Source of the DNA: Octopus vulgaris
Taxonomy: Eukaryota
Assembly (NCBI GenBank): GCA_951406725.2
Contig: OX597822.1
Span: 57,164,001-57,228,000, forward strand
Reading direction: 5' to 3'
DNA length: 64,000 bases
The notes beneath the pieces are model-generated. The model was not told where the DNA came from, ran no database searches, and was given only the letters and a program-made list of their open reading frames with translations. Position numbers and translations under genes: made by a program. This document shows, one piece after another, positions 14,244 to 27,518 of this stretch; the stretch's first letter is position 1; every line of letters begins with the position of its first letter.

Positions 14244-14393
14244 ACTTGTAACTCCATACCTTCTCCACTTTGATTTTCTGTGTCTTTTACTCTGCGTAAG
14301 TTTGCTCTGTTGATATATAAATATCTATATATTCATACTTGAATATTCATCAGCTGAAAATATTCAGTCTTTGCTTTCTCTCTATTTACATGT

Positions 14394-14765
14394 GTGGAGG
14401 CGCAATGGCCCAGTGGTTAGAGCAGCGGACTCACGGTCGTAGGATCGCGGTTTCGATTCCCAGAGCGGGCGTTGTGAGTGCTTATTGAGCGAAAAGACTG
14501 AAAGCTCCGGCAGAGTGCCGTGGCGAACCCTGCTATACTCTTCCACCACAACTTTCTCTCACTCTTTCTTCCTGTTTCTGTTGTACCTGTATTTCAAAGG
14601 GGTCACCCTTGTTACACTCTGTGCCACTCTGAATCTCCCCGAAAACTACGTTAAGAGTACACGTGTCTGTGGGATGCTCAGCCACTTGCACGTTAATTTC
14701 ACGAGTAGGCTGTTCCGTTGATTGGATCAACTGGAACCCTTGTCGTCGTAAACGATGGAGTGCCT
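14394..14765 (+). mobile_element. tRNA-derived SINE family B
   Basis: GGAGGCGCAATGGCCCAGTGGTTAGAGCAGCG (A box)..GGTTTCGATTCC (B box). Other copies at 49715-49871 (-) and 58832-59041 (-). Confidence 0.85.
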
Positions 14766-15051
14766 CGATATTTGCATGTATATATATTTTGTACATCTAA
14801 CCCAACAAGTTTTATTTGTTTATTTGCATCATTATCTCCAGATCTGCTCACCTGGATTCCTGTTATTACCACTGTTTACTCCGCGGGCTTGATCCTCGGT
14901 AAAGGTTTTGGCGAGCAAGTTCAAATCATTTGAACGTTACTAAGTGTTTTCTATATTGAGAATCTCTGGATTTCGCCTGTTGATTCTCTCTCTTTCTCTC
15001 CTTTTCTCTCTATGTCTCTATCTATCTATCACTATATCTATCTATTTCTGG

Positions 15052-15378
15052 AGATGGATGGATGGATGGATGGATGGATGGATGGATGGATGGATGGATG
15101 GATGGATGGATGGATGGATGGATGGATGGATGGATGGATGGATGGATGGATGGATGGATGGATGGATGGATGGATGGATGGATGGATGGATGGATGGATG
15201 GATGGATGGATGGATATACGGCAAGCCTCTTTCAGTTTTCCTCTACCAAATCCACTCACAAGTGTTTGGTTGACCTGAAGCTATAGTAGGTGTTACTTGC
15301 CCAAGATGGCACGCATTGGGATTGAACCTGGAGCCATGTGGCTGGGAAGCTAACTTCTTACCACACAGCCACGTCTGC
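15052..15378 (-). mobile_element. SINE family C head with adjoining (GATG)n tract (15052-15214)
   Basis: Reverse complement of GTGGCTGTGTGGTAAGAAG..GGTTCAATCCC. Confidence 0.75.
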
Positions 15379-16699
15379 TTTTCAAAAAGCATGGAGAATA
15401 TTTTTGATTCCTTCTTAAGACCCGAATTCGGTCATGTGGCCCCAGAGTTTTATTCTTGACTAGTTCACATTCAGAACAAAAAGGTAGAAATCTGCAATGT
15501 CTTTGTGTGGATTGAGGATGCGTATGTGTGTGTGAGTGTGTGTGTTATTAAAAAGTGTAAATGTCAACCATTTATCTATGCCAATGCTTTAAAATTTAAT
15601 TTTTAATATTTAAAGTTATTTAAAAAAAGGATTACGTAAAAACGTAAACTAGCACCTAAATTATCTGTTAGCATAAAGCTTCGATTAGTTTAAAAAGATT
15701 ATAACTCAGTAATATTTTTCATGCTTTCATTCGCCCCCAGTATGGCAAAAGGGTCAATTAATTCAGTTTCCTTTCTATTTTCCTGACCTTCGAAACAGAT
15801 AAGAAGAATATTATCATTTGCAGAAAAAAGAAGCCAAATCCTGAAATGAAGATCAAAACCAAAGTGGACAGTAGGGAATGTCGGCGTTATTTTTGTTCAA
15901 AGTATTATGAATAGTATGAGTGAATGACGGGATGTCCCATTCTGAACAAATTCTTCAGTTCCCCCATATCTCTTATTTTGTCAGCATAACTACATATTTT
16001 CTCGTCTTTCAAGTGATACTGAAAACGAATATCACTTTCAAGTGATATTCAAAATAAAGTCATTTAATTGTATAGCTACAAGTGAAGGTGTAATTAAGCA
16101 AATGGTTGAAAAACAACATATGTTGTTGTTATGTTTGATGAGACTACGGAACTTCGAGTGAAATCTCAACTCACACAGGTTTTGGTATTTGTTAAGGAGA
16201 AGGAAAAGCCTCAAGAAAGTTTTCGGGGATAAAGTGCATTGTTGACAGAAGCTGTACATTGTTATGCACATTCACTTCATTTAATACTCTCTCAATCAAC
16301 TTCAAATATTCGTGAATGTCGTGTTTTCTTCCAAGCTTTTAAAAAATCTACTTTTTTCTCGAAGCCGACGGCTTGAATAGACCTACTGAATGAAATCGTT
16401 GTAACTTGATTTCCAAAATTACCTGAGACACGTTGACATTATTAATCCCGACAAGTATCCATTTTGTCCAACAAAATTACTGTATTTCGTATGGTATTTT
16501 GAGCCATGTTACAAAACCTAGAGGATAGAATACTTCAGAATAAGCACAGGCAAGATTTATTGCAATCCTAGAAGATTTCAGCTTAAATTTTTTTGTGGTT
16601 TTTTAAACCATATTGAGTAGCTCAGTGATTCTGCATTGGAAACACGATCCAATGAAATTATTTTTTTCATTGCAGTAGTGACTGGTAAAATATCAATGA

Positions 16700-17640
16700 G
16701 TTGGTGGCCGTTTTAAAAGAAATGAGAACATGGTGTACTACAGCATACAAGTGAGACAAAAAATTAAGAACAAAGACACATAATAATAACGGATATTGTC
16801 TTCTGACTAGCACAGAAAAAAAGAGTGAAAGAGAAATCTTGCGTAAGTAGAGGTACAGAGAAAGGGCTTTCGCTACCATAGAAGTAAGGTGAAAGAAAAT
16901 GTGATTGGAGAACATAAAGCACGGTAGAGAAGAAAAGAAAAAGTAAGCGTCAAAGAGAGCCGGGTACTAGAGAGAAAGATGAAAGGAGGGTAAAAAAGAG
17001 GCAGCAAAGTAAATACGATAGGGAAATGACTTGTGAACTATTATAGCAACAGAGGTTGTAGAACGTGTGAACTGAATAAAGTTCAATGAGAGAAAGAGTG
17101 ATGAGGATCATGCAAAGTGGAACTGGCTCAGTAACAACGTCAACAGCAGAATCCAAAAATGAAAGTTGGAATAGAAAACAAAAGAGAATAATGGCAAGAA
17201 GGGAAAAGGATGAATAAACTTAGATGCAGTGAGGGCAGATAGGAAGAAGAGAATCAAAATAAAGAGGTAGAAAGAGAGAAAGGTAGAAGGCAAATAAGAA
17301 ATAAGAAAAGAAAGGCAAATAAGAAGATAGAAATGCGACTTAGGAGCTCAAATAATGATACAGGGTTTCGAACATGTGAACAAGACAGCGTTCAGCAAGA
17401 GAAAGAGCGAATGAGCAAAAAAGAAAGATTGGATTGGTCAATAGCAGCAGTAGTGCGGTCCAAGAATGTAAGCTGGAAGATTGAGATAGCAGCATAGCAG
17501 AGAATAGCTGGATAAAGAAGGTGAAAAGGAACAGTCGGAGACAGAGTGTGCAGGTAACAAGAGAACAAAGGCAATGATAGGAAGAAGAGAGCGAAGAAAA
17601 AAGTGGTTGTTACGGTGACAGAGACTATGTATATCTAGAT
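16700..17640 (-). mobile_element. Highly decayed L2/CR1-like RT region
   Basis: Strong purine skew. Minus-strand peptides LDRTTAAIDQSNLSFL (~LDP..NYRPISNLSFL), SAVDVV and LVPGSL occur in the RT motif order. Confidence 0.45.
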
Positions 17641-18480
17641 ATGAGCGATACGTGAAACTGTATTTGCTAGGACTGAATGTAATCAAAATAAAATGAGACA
17701 AACACGGAAAAATAAATAATAGAAAAAAGACAATTAGATATGCACTAGAATTATTGCAATTTAGGCGCGCTTTAACCAGAAGACTCAATTCCTTTTCTGT
17801 ATATGTGCGTAGTGTATACATACATACATATAGAAGCACATATGTATATAAGTACACACACACACACACCTCCCAAAACTAGAAAACCAAACAATACTAA
17901 CGTAAGCGATCCCCACAAACTATGAATCAACAAACACTTTGCACTTTACAAGAATGAAGGACAATTCAGAATAACGAAAATAAGTTATAAGAAATTCACA
18001 ATCGAGCTTAACATATGTGTATTCCCATCATCAGCTGTCCGAATGGGTATCAGTATAGTTTCGAAACCTGGACAGTACCATTCAATCTGACGGTGTTACT
18101 ACAACATAAGAGTAAACAAATAGTGATAATGTTTAGCTATACATTAGTATTTCTGACAAAGAACTAATTCCCAAAATGGCATTCAAACAATGCAACAAAC
18201 ATAGACAACTAAATACTATGTTTCCCAATCACCATCACATCACGAACATGAGATCCCACAAGCGTAATACCGATTAGTGGAACAGTACATCTCGTAAACA
18301 AACTACGTACAATGAAAAGGACAAGCTTAGATCAGTGTCTATTAAAGAAGTTCAATAATACAAAATAATACAAAACAAGCTGGTTTCCAAAAGTAAAATA
18401 ACAATTAATAAAATGAAAATAAAATAAATACATAGAAATAAAAGCAAAAGGAGAACTAGAATTAAATTAAATTTTTTAAA

Positions 18481-18524
<44 letters not shown>

Positions 18525-18557
18525 ATATTTCCCAAACTTCATTCCGTAACTCCTGTC

Positions 18558-18610
<53 letters not shown>

Positions 18611-18649
18611 GTACATCTACAAGTAAAACAAATACATATCACTTCTTAA

Positions 18650-19760
18650 TTACAAAGAGACTAAGTAATCTATTCTAATTAAACGGTCAAAGAGCTTAGG
18701 AACAAATCAAATAACACTTCATCAGAACATAAATAAATATGTAGCTTAAATATTCACCTATATTTACTTACAAACTATGTACATTGAATACTTCTAAAAT
18801 TACAACCAAATTATGCTATCTATAGTGAAACCTTGCGTGTTGCAGAGAAATTTACAGAAACCATACTCATGTCTTAACCCTATGATTTCAAACCCTAAAA
18901 GAGCTATATCTATCAACAGGCAGAAGTTATTCCTAACTACCAAACGGAAATGACGTTTTACACCAAAGTGAATGACAACTACTCAGTGGAAGTGACGTTG
19001 TATACAAGCGTGAATGACACCCAACCACCAAAAAATTTTCAAAACAGGGAAACTAACTTCTTACTAATCCAGGTTCAAATAAAAACTCGGGATCACTCCG
19101 TAAATTCTCAAAAATTCGCTGTGTTTGCCTAAACAATGGTTAAAATATTTAACCAATCTTTTACTACTGTAACCTTTTCACATTCGCGCCTTGAACATAT
19201 TAACACTATCCAAAAACATCCTAACTTTATTTATAAGTCTACCATATCTAATGACTTGACTGGGCAACCTTATAACCCACCCAAAAAGGATTTTTGCTAT
19301 CCACCCAAAGCAGCAAAGTAATGCAGAAATTAAAACTATCAGTCTTATTATAAATATTCGTCTCGACCTTATCATTTGCACTGACTATTCTCACATCCTA
19401 ACAGTTACCTTCTTTTTCTGAGTCACCTATAGTTGACCATCACCTATAGTCTATTTTTTTTATTAAAACATGTATAACCATTATAGGTACACTTAGATAA
19501 AAAAAATAATGTTCGCCGTTCTTAATTGAAATATATCTGTAGTCTTTATAAAATAGAATATTCAATTATACTAAATATTCTTTCTTCTACCATGTTCAAA
19601 TCAAGATTAGTATACACTGTAGAAAAATTATGTTCATACATGGACCAAATTGCTTTTACTCTTTGAAAATTGCTTTAAAATTCTTTAAAGGACCTTATAC
19701 TTTTATATATAAACTTAGGTTAGTTCAAATATGTTTGTAACATATTCTAAATTCCAAAGG
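18650..19760 (+). mobile_element. Possible very decayed Penelope-like C-terminal region
   Basis: Peptides FSHSRLEHINTIQKHPNFIYKSTI and ..IIGTLR resemble the PLE thumb/linker and GIY-YIG; weak. Confidence 0.3.
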
Positions 19761-19984
19761 CAATTTCATAGCAATTTACCGTGATAAAAGAAATCTCGCC
19801 TGTGACAAAGGTGTAAATTCAGCATTATCATATCAGTGGCGCCCTCTTTTGAACCTCTAAAGGCATTTCTGGCTCATTATGCCTTCCTCAACACGACCAC
19901 TTGACCGGCCGGACTATCAGATGTTGTTTCACATCGCTGGTCACAATGTGCTTTGCGTCTTTTTAGCTTTCATAACCCCTTTTC

Positions 19985-21165
19985 GACCCACACACTTCAT
20001 TTACAGGTGCTGCAGTGCTTGGATCTCATTAGTGAAGAAGCTTTCATTCAAAAAAGTCAACAGCAGGTATGACGTCAACGATGACCCCGTTTCTTGTCCC
20101 CACCCTAGTGTTTGGGGTGTTTTTGTGTATGCTTTTCCATGTCGGGGAACAGATGATATTCCGATGAGGCCAAATCAGAGGGAGGCTGATCAAGAAGTCC
20201 AAATCCATGGTCATGCACAGCAGCCATTAAGACTAAGGACTTGTGTGCCGGACCATTGTCCTGATGAAGAAAGACCTCATTCATCAGTTTTCTTAAGAGT
20301 TTGGTCTTGATAGCGCTTCGTAACTGTCTCAGCAAATTGGCATAGTACTCTCCATTGATGGTGTGGCTCTCTTTAAAGATAGTCACTAAACGCAATGCCT
20401 TTTGCATCCCAAAAACCTGAGGCCATCACCTTCTTAGGAGCTAGTTAAGAGAGGTGTTCCCATTGCATGCATTGTCTCTTAGTCTCTGGCTCAGTGTAAT
20501 GAACCCAACACTCATCCTGGATCAGGTAGTGTTCAAGGAAACCAGATGGTTCTGCCTGAAACAATGTCAGTTTTTCCTATGATGTGATAAGTCTGATGCG
20601 CTTTCAGAAGATGTGGCACGCACCGAGCAGAAACTTTCGTCATGCCAAGTTCATTGTGCAGAATACTTTCAACTTTTTCACGAGATATGCTACAGTCAAT
20701 CGCCTGTCATCCATCACTTGTGGTGAACACGATCAATGTCTTCCTCAGTTGTAGCAGTTGCAGGAAGTCCAGGCCTTAGTTTATCTTGAAGACTTTCCCT
20801 TCTCTTCTCACTTTAGCTGCCCACTTTTGCAATGCTCCCTTCTCCTTCAGCTGACCACTTCTGTACTGTTGATAAAGCTGGAATGTCATCCGCTAATGTT
20901 GCAAGCATGTCAGCATTAATGTCCTTGTGGGCTAAACGCTTTTTCTGCAAGTACTTGGAAACACCACGATGCCAAAGTTTGTCCATTTTCAAGAGGAGTC
21001 TTTACTGGTTATTTTTAAAGTCTTCTTTGAACAGTGAGATGTCAGTTTACAGGGAAAGAAATAATACAGTTATTAATTAGAAAATTTGAAATTAATGCAA
21101 AGAGTTCATAACTCTAACATCGTTCCCTTATAGTCAGCCTATGTACTTTGCAGCCCACCCTCGTA
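19985..21165 (-). mobile_element. mariner transposon (Himar/irritans-like), decayed
   Basis: ORF 20105-20407: TINGEYYANLLRQLR..LHQDNGPAHKS..SDLASSEYHLF. Terminus TACGAGGGTGGGCTGCAAAGTACATAGG. Confidence 0.9.
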
Positions 21166-21359
21166 TGTATGTATGTATGTATGTGTGTGTGTATGTATGT
21201 ATGTATGTATGTATGTATGTATGTATGTATGTATGTATGTATGTATGTGTGTGTGCATGTATGTATGTATGCATGTATGCATGTATGTATGTATGTATGT
21301 ATGTATGTATGTATGTATGTATGTATGTATGTATGTATGTATGTATATGAGACACCACG

Positions 21360-21485
21360 TTTATTCCATTTTAGATGGAGAGTACTTTCCGTAGTATATG
21401 GGCTGTACCCATAAAGGTTATCGTTTGTAGTTCACGGACATTGGAGTTACCAGGGACTTGCTTAATATACTTCTCAGCTCCCTTT
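21360..21485 (-). mobile_element. RLE LINE extreme C-terminal fragment
   Basis: KGAEKYIKQVPGNSNVRELQTITFMGTAHILRKVLSI. Confidence 0.75.
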
Positions 21486-21521
21486 ATTGTTGTTGTTGTT
21501 GTTGCTATGCTATTATTATTA

Positions 21522-23193
21522 CTAGTACATGACCCGTCAATAAGAGAAAAACAATGTTTAGAATAACATTTCAATTTAATTCAACTATTGTTTGAGAAAT
21601 ACACAAGAGATTAAAGTTGATAATATATTTACATATTCTTATTTATGCAAATACTTTACAAAATCAATAATGAAATAATGAAAATATTTAGCAAATCTGT
21701 ACTTTTAAATAGGCAGTATATCAATATTTATGCTATTTCCGTCTAGACAACATTCTGCATGTCTTCTTATGTTTTCATTATGACGTCTACTTGTTCCTGA
21801 TCTGGTAAATTCTTTTTGATCAGCAAATATTTTAAGATTCCTTGCACCCCCCCCCCAACTCTACTACTAAGAGTGACATATAACTGGTCATGAGTAAATA
21901 CGGGCGGAGGCATGTATGTGCCGCACTTAGAAAGGCTTTGTCCTTGACTTTCTTTTATAGACATCGTGAAAGCAGGTCTCACTGGAAATTAGCGTCTTTT
22001 CAAAGTAAAGGGCAAATCGGTACCAGATGGTTGCAGAATAATGTGGGGATTCAAAAGTGTGCGTCCAGCATCAACACCAGTTATTTCACTTTCAGTGATC
22101 GTACTGTCTGACACCGATAACACGCTATAACGTGCGCCATTGCAGTGCCCATTTCTCTGATCTAAGTTTCTTAACACATTATAGGAACACCTGTTTTTAA
22201 TTTGATAATGCCACTTATATTAAGAGAATTCAGAAATTCAGGAGGATAGAGTGCAGATTGCTGATCTTCTGCAACGGAATCAATACTCCTCAGAGTATAT
22301 GTCTTACCTGGAAATTTCTGGATTATGTGGTTATTTATATTGTCAACTTCTTCATTCTTTGCTGTTAATATTGCTCGTGATGATAACCATTGGGCATTTT
22401 GAAAATTCACCTCTAAATCTTCATGGACATGGTTGATCAAATCCTCCTTGCTGTTGACTTGAAATTGTTGAGGAATCTTTATTACATCATTATATAATTG
22501 TCTTTGAACATTGGGGATTCTTCCATCAGCAATTTGCAATAACCAAACAGAATGATATGCCAGTCGAGCTTGAGAGGTGGTATCATTATTGCTGAGACAG
22601 TTTTGCACTCTCATATTAGTGGTGAGATGAAGTACTTTGCATTTGTGCGAAATTACGGATTTTTTCAAACATGCTCCAATTAGAGAAAACCTTTGTGCTC
22701 TTCGAACCACTGGAAGAATTTGACGTAAATCACCACCTAAAATTATCAATTTCATGCTAAAGATCAAATCGTTGCTCATTATATCCTTCAGTGTTCGATT
22801 TAGCGCTTCAAACAGATAATAATGACACATGGATGCCTCGTCCCAAATAATCCAGCGTGCACCGAGTTTTTCGCCCATAACTTGGTGACAGTTTATCGTG
22901 GATAGCGGATATAAATCCAAATTTTAAATATACTTCTGAATGGTGACGAACTTTTTTTTTACTTGAATCAAGCACGGAGACAAGCAAATTTTTTCAACAA
23001 TTTCTTCAAAAAGATTTCATTATAAACTTTCGGAAAATATGCTCAAAAAGAAACAAAAAATATTCCGTGAATCTTCTCAGATGCAAAAGCCTTTGTATCA
23101 ATGATGGAAGTTTTTTCTTACCTTTTGCTGAATTCACAAACTGATTGGTGGGAATAACATGACCTGTTAATTTTCGTCTTTATTCATATATAT

Positions 23194-23254
<61 letters not shown>

Positions 23255-23927
23255 TGTTACCGGTACCTTAAATCTCTATCTGCCACTCTCTCTCTCTCTT
23301 TCTCTTCCTTCACTGACGCTACCCCTTACTTCCACTCTATTTCAGCCCATTTCACACCATTCAATTCTTTCATCCCTCACCCCTAACACCATTTATTTCC
23401 ATACTCTGCAACACCACATTTTTCTTGTGTACCTAGATTTTTGTCACCAGAGATAAAAGAGTCAATACTTTGAGACATAGGCGCACACATAAGTCTATCT
23501 CCAGTTTATTTCCCCATAGAGAATTAAGATGGCATTGCTTTCAGTACTAACCAGTTCTATAATAATAACACGTATGCGCGCACGCACGCACACACAAACA
23601 CGCGCGCGCGTTTGTAATTACCTACATGTTTTCACATACCGCTAAATCTATTCCCCCTTTAGTGACATCAGATCTTATGAATATGACGAAATCAACCTGT
23701 TAAATAAAGTATCCACAATTTGATAAAACAGTTTTTTTTTTAAATAACTCATTCTCGAATAGTCCCCTTCATATACTACACATTGTGTACAAAAGGTATA
23801 AATTCAACATAATTCTAGGCATGCCTCACCAAAATATTACCACGCCCCACGTCGCGAATTATGGCTCTATCTAATTACTGATGGCTTCGGACAGACAGAC
23901 CGATGCGGCACTTATTATAGTATAAGA
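21522..23927 (-). mobile_element. Internally deleted Helitron with both termini
   Basis: 5' A|TCTTATACTATAATA at 23927, 3' ..GACGGGTCATGTACTAG|T at 21522, no TSD; contains a PIF1 helicase remnant. Confidence 0.9.
21767..22920 (-). pseudogene. Helitron PIF1-family helicase, frameshifted
   Basis: IIWDEASM, LGGDLRQILPVV, LTTNMRV, RAILTAKN, YPPEFLNSL, MLRNLD..CNGAR, FTMSIKESQGQSL, QLYVTLS. Confidence 0.93.
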
Positions 23928-23928
23928 T

Positions 23929-24755
23929 TGGGAGAGCAGTGCATGCCATCAAAGTGACACTGGGGTAAAATTTATGAAACCCAGCATACCCATCATGACT
24001 ACCGGTCTGATAAGGGTACACCAGGTTCATGCATCACAACTATATGTGCGCGGCATGGTGATCCCATATCAAGATAAGCAGCGCATGACCTGGCAACTGG
24101 GGCCTAGGTCGAGTAGCCCATCTCGCTCAAAAGGTCCCTGAATAGGGATTGTTTAAGGATGATGAACGAAACACCCATTTTCTTCTGGTCGAGTAGCCCA
24201 TCCTGCTCAAATGGTCCCTGAATAAGGATGTTTAAGGATGTTGAACGAACCACCCATGTTTCCAAAGGTAAATTATCTAAGAATTCCTTTCAACACATGG
24301 CTATGATGCTCCCCCACTACTTCTGCCCATGATCAGAGATGCACATATCGTCAGCCACTAAGGGACCTTGTAGGTGGGCCCCAGTTAGAATTTTTTTCAG
24401 GTCGAGTAGTCCATCCCGTTCAAAAGGTCCCTGAATAAGGATTGTTTAAGGATGAGGAAAAAAACACCCAACATTCCAGAGGTGATTTATCCAAACCCCA
24501 AAGAATTCCTCTCAACACATGGCTATGATGCTCCCCCACTACTTCTCAGGATCAGAGATGCATATATCGTCAGCCACTAAGGAACATTGTCAACTGGTTA
24601 TAGTCAAACAACTAACAAGTAAATCTGTGGCATTGAGCAGAATATCTGCTGTATCCCATCTTTTATACTACGACAAAACAATGTACACGATAACACTTCC
24701 AATCAGTTAAGATCAGAAACCATGAAAGTCACTGCCTGGTACTGCATCAGGGCAT
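23929..24755 (-). mobile_element. ~550-bp TAA-associated repeat, full length with internal duplications
   Basis: Starts ATGCCCTGATGCAGTACCAGGC (24755). The block GTCGAGTAGCCCATC..GGTCCCTGAATA occurs three times. Confidence 0.85.
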
Positions 24756-24756
24756 C

Positions 24757-25560
24757 CTTCGCTTTTTCTTTGTATTTGCACAAATTGATTTCAAGTCTTA
24801 CCTAGAGACCTCAAGAGACAAGTTAGAAGTTCAAGTTGGTGTTATGACAAGGGTGCCATAGATTTATTTTATACAAAGTATTGTTCTACAGAATGTCTGT
24901 CAAAACATAAAAAAAATTAGAAGTTTCCTTTATAAGGCATTGATTATAAGGCGATAGTGTGATGTTAAGATAACAGTAAAAGTTGTTGTTTCTTATTATT
25001 TACATTAAAAAGCACTTTTAACACGCTGTACAGATTAAAACATTTTGGAGATTATACAGTTAATATTCTATGTAGGATATGAGCAGTTGCCATGAGCATT
25101 ATTATTTGAATTTCTGCCGTTTGTGGATTTCCTAATATCTGAGAAAGATAGCAATCAGCCCCCTCCGCTTATCATTCCTTCGGCTCCTATGACAACAGGT
25201 ATTGTTTTAGTCCTGAGGTTCCACATTTTACCAATTTCTATTTCAAGATCTTTATATTAGCTCAGTTTTTGGTAGGTCTTGACAGATACATTTATGTTTA
25301 TTGAGACAGTAATATCGATGAGGAAGCATGATTCCTGTCTGATATCCTTCAATATAATGTCTGGCCTGTTAGTATCTATCTTTCTGTCAGTTTGAACAGT
25401 AAAGCTCCAAAGGAATAAGATGTGACCATTTTCAAGCACTGCAGGTGGTTTGTGTTTCGACCAGTTTTTATCATGGGGCTGGTCCAAGTCCTTGCAGATT
25501 ACCCAGTGAATAATCTGTGCTGCTCTGTCATGCTTGTAGAGATAATCTGTGGGCACAAGC
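24757..25560 (-). mobile_element. R4/Dong-like RLE LINE 3' fragment
   Basis: KHDRAAQIIHWVIC..QTDRKIDTNRPDIILKD..LIDITV plus 3' UTR. SINE A follows at 25560-25765. Confidence 0.88.
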
Positions 25561-25905
25561 TATCAAGCCCTTAGCACGGCGAACAAATTGCTTAGCGTCA
25601 TTTCGTCCGTCTTCGCGTTCTGAGTTCAAATGTCTGTAAACTCGACGTTGCCTTCCATCCTTTCAGGAGTTGATGAAAAAGTGTACCAGTTGAGCACTGG
25701 GATTGAGACAATCAACTTACTCACTTTCTTCAAAATTTCAGGCTTTGTACCTATACTAGAATGAAATATTGTAACTAAATTTTGAAGTTCATTGAAAATA
25801 GCGATTCTGAGACTATGAGATCATAGCAGGTTTCATCCATGAGTTCTTCCCATCGGCTTTGTGCAAATGGCGCCATTTTGAGCGCGCTCTCATGTATGCG
25901 TTTCG

Positions 25906-25942
<37 letters not shown>

Positions 25943-26280
25943 CACGTGCGAATGTGTGTGGGTGTGTATGGGTGTGTGTATGTGTGTATGCTTATGTGTG
26001 TGTTTGCGCGCGTGTGTGTGTGTGTGTATGCGTATTTTGACAAATACTTTTCTTGATATGGTTAAATTTAACATTCAAATTGAACGCAAGATAATTTTTG
26101 ATATACCGCATAAAACCTATATGTAACATTAAATATAGACAAAAAAATATGAAAGACAAAAGCAACATTCAAACCTCCTCTTTCTCTCTCTCTCTCTTTC
26201 TTTCTACCTATCTGTCTCTATCTATCTCTATCTCTCTGTCTTTATTTATATATATAGGTGCAATCCCATAGTCAAGGGAT

Positions 26281-26320
<40 letters not shown>

Positions 26321-26452
26321 TTGTATGTGTGTATGTGTGTGTATGTATGTATGTATGTATGTATGTATGTATGTATGTATGTATGCATGTATGTATGTAT
26401 GTGTATGTGTGTATACAGAAAATAGATTTGATATTTTAAGCTCTATAAAACA

Positions 26453-26482
26453 CTAACAGAGATACCCGGCGTTGCTTGGGGT
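26453..26482 (-). mobile_element. Helitron-type 3' terminus
   Basis: GC hairpin CCCGGCGTTGCTTGGG ~10 nt from the end motif. The paralog at 40328-40331 has an intact CTAG|T. Confidence 0.6.
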
Positions 26483-26720
26483 TAAAATTGCATAGATTTT
26501 TTTATTGTTTTACTTGTTTCAGTCATGTGACTGCGTCCATACTGGTGCACCCTTTTAATCAAAGAAATCGACCCCAGGATTTATGCTTTGTATGCCTAGC
26601 ACTTATTCTATCGGTTTGTTTCGCCAAACGGTTAAGTTACGGGGACGTAAACACACCAACATCGGTCACCAAGCGATGGTGGGGGTACAAACACAGACAC
26701 ACACGCATACACACACACAC

Positions 26721-26790
<70 letters not shown>

Positions 26791-26821
26791 GATGTATATT
26801 TACATATATATCTATACATAC

Positions 26822-26855
<34 letters not shown>

Positions 26856-26858
<3 letters not shown>

Positions 26859-27099
26859 AAGCTGGAATGTCATCCCCTAATGTTGCAAGCATATCAGCAT
26901 TAATGTCCTTGTGGGCTAAACTCTTTTTCTGCAAGTACTTGGAAACACCACGATGCTAAATTTTGCCCATTTTCAAGAGAAGTCTTTACTAGATGTCAGT
27001 TTACATGGAAAGAAATAACAGTTATTAATTAGAAAAGTTGAAATTAATGCAAAGATTTCATAGCTCTAACATCATTCCCTTATAGTCAGCCTACCCTCG

Positions 27100-27101
<2 letters not shown>
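26856..27101 (-). mobile_element. Second copy of the mariner 5' end (paralog of 20872-21165)
   Basis: Near-identical sequence with two deletions and the same (TATG)n flank. Confidence 0.88.
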
Positions 27102-27133
<32 letters not shown>

Positions 27134-27426
27134 TGTATGTATGTATGTATGTATGTATGTATGTATGTATGTATGCATGTATGCATGTATACATGCATGC
27201 ATGTATGTATGTATATATGTATGAATGTATGTATGTATTCATGCATGCATGCGTGTATGTATGTATGTATGCATGCATGCATGCATGTATGTATGTATGT
27301 ATGTATGTATGTATGTACGTATGCATGTATGTGTGTGTGTGTATGAGACAGAAATTTGTCTCTGTGTCAGTTCATATTTATTAGTTTATATACATATATA
27401 TTAGCGATTTATGTGTGTATATCAGC

Positions 27427-27518
<92 letters not shown>

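Noticed and set aside
14394-14470. tRNA-like sequence (also 49800-49871, 58965-59041 and family A/C heads)
   Set aside because: Each continues into a shared SINE body and lacks a proper acceptor stem, so these are SINE heads rather than tRNA genes.
20261-20290. CTGATGA/TCATCAG heptamers inside mariner, CR1 and gag coding remnants
   Set aside because: No flanking helices; explained by codons.
24105-24450. Three spaced direct repeats that superficially resemble a CRISPR array
   Set aside because: They are internal duplications of the TAA-element with homologous spacers, in a eukaryotic context with no cas genes.
24700-24755. Short resemblance to U2 snRNA (ATCAGTTAAGATC, CCTGGTACTGCA)
   Set aside because: Matches are short and wrongly spaced; there is no branch-point recognition sequence or Sm site.
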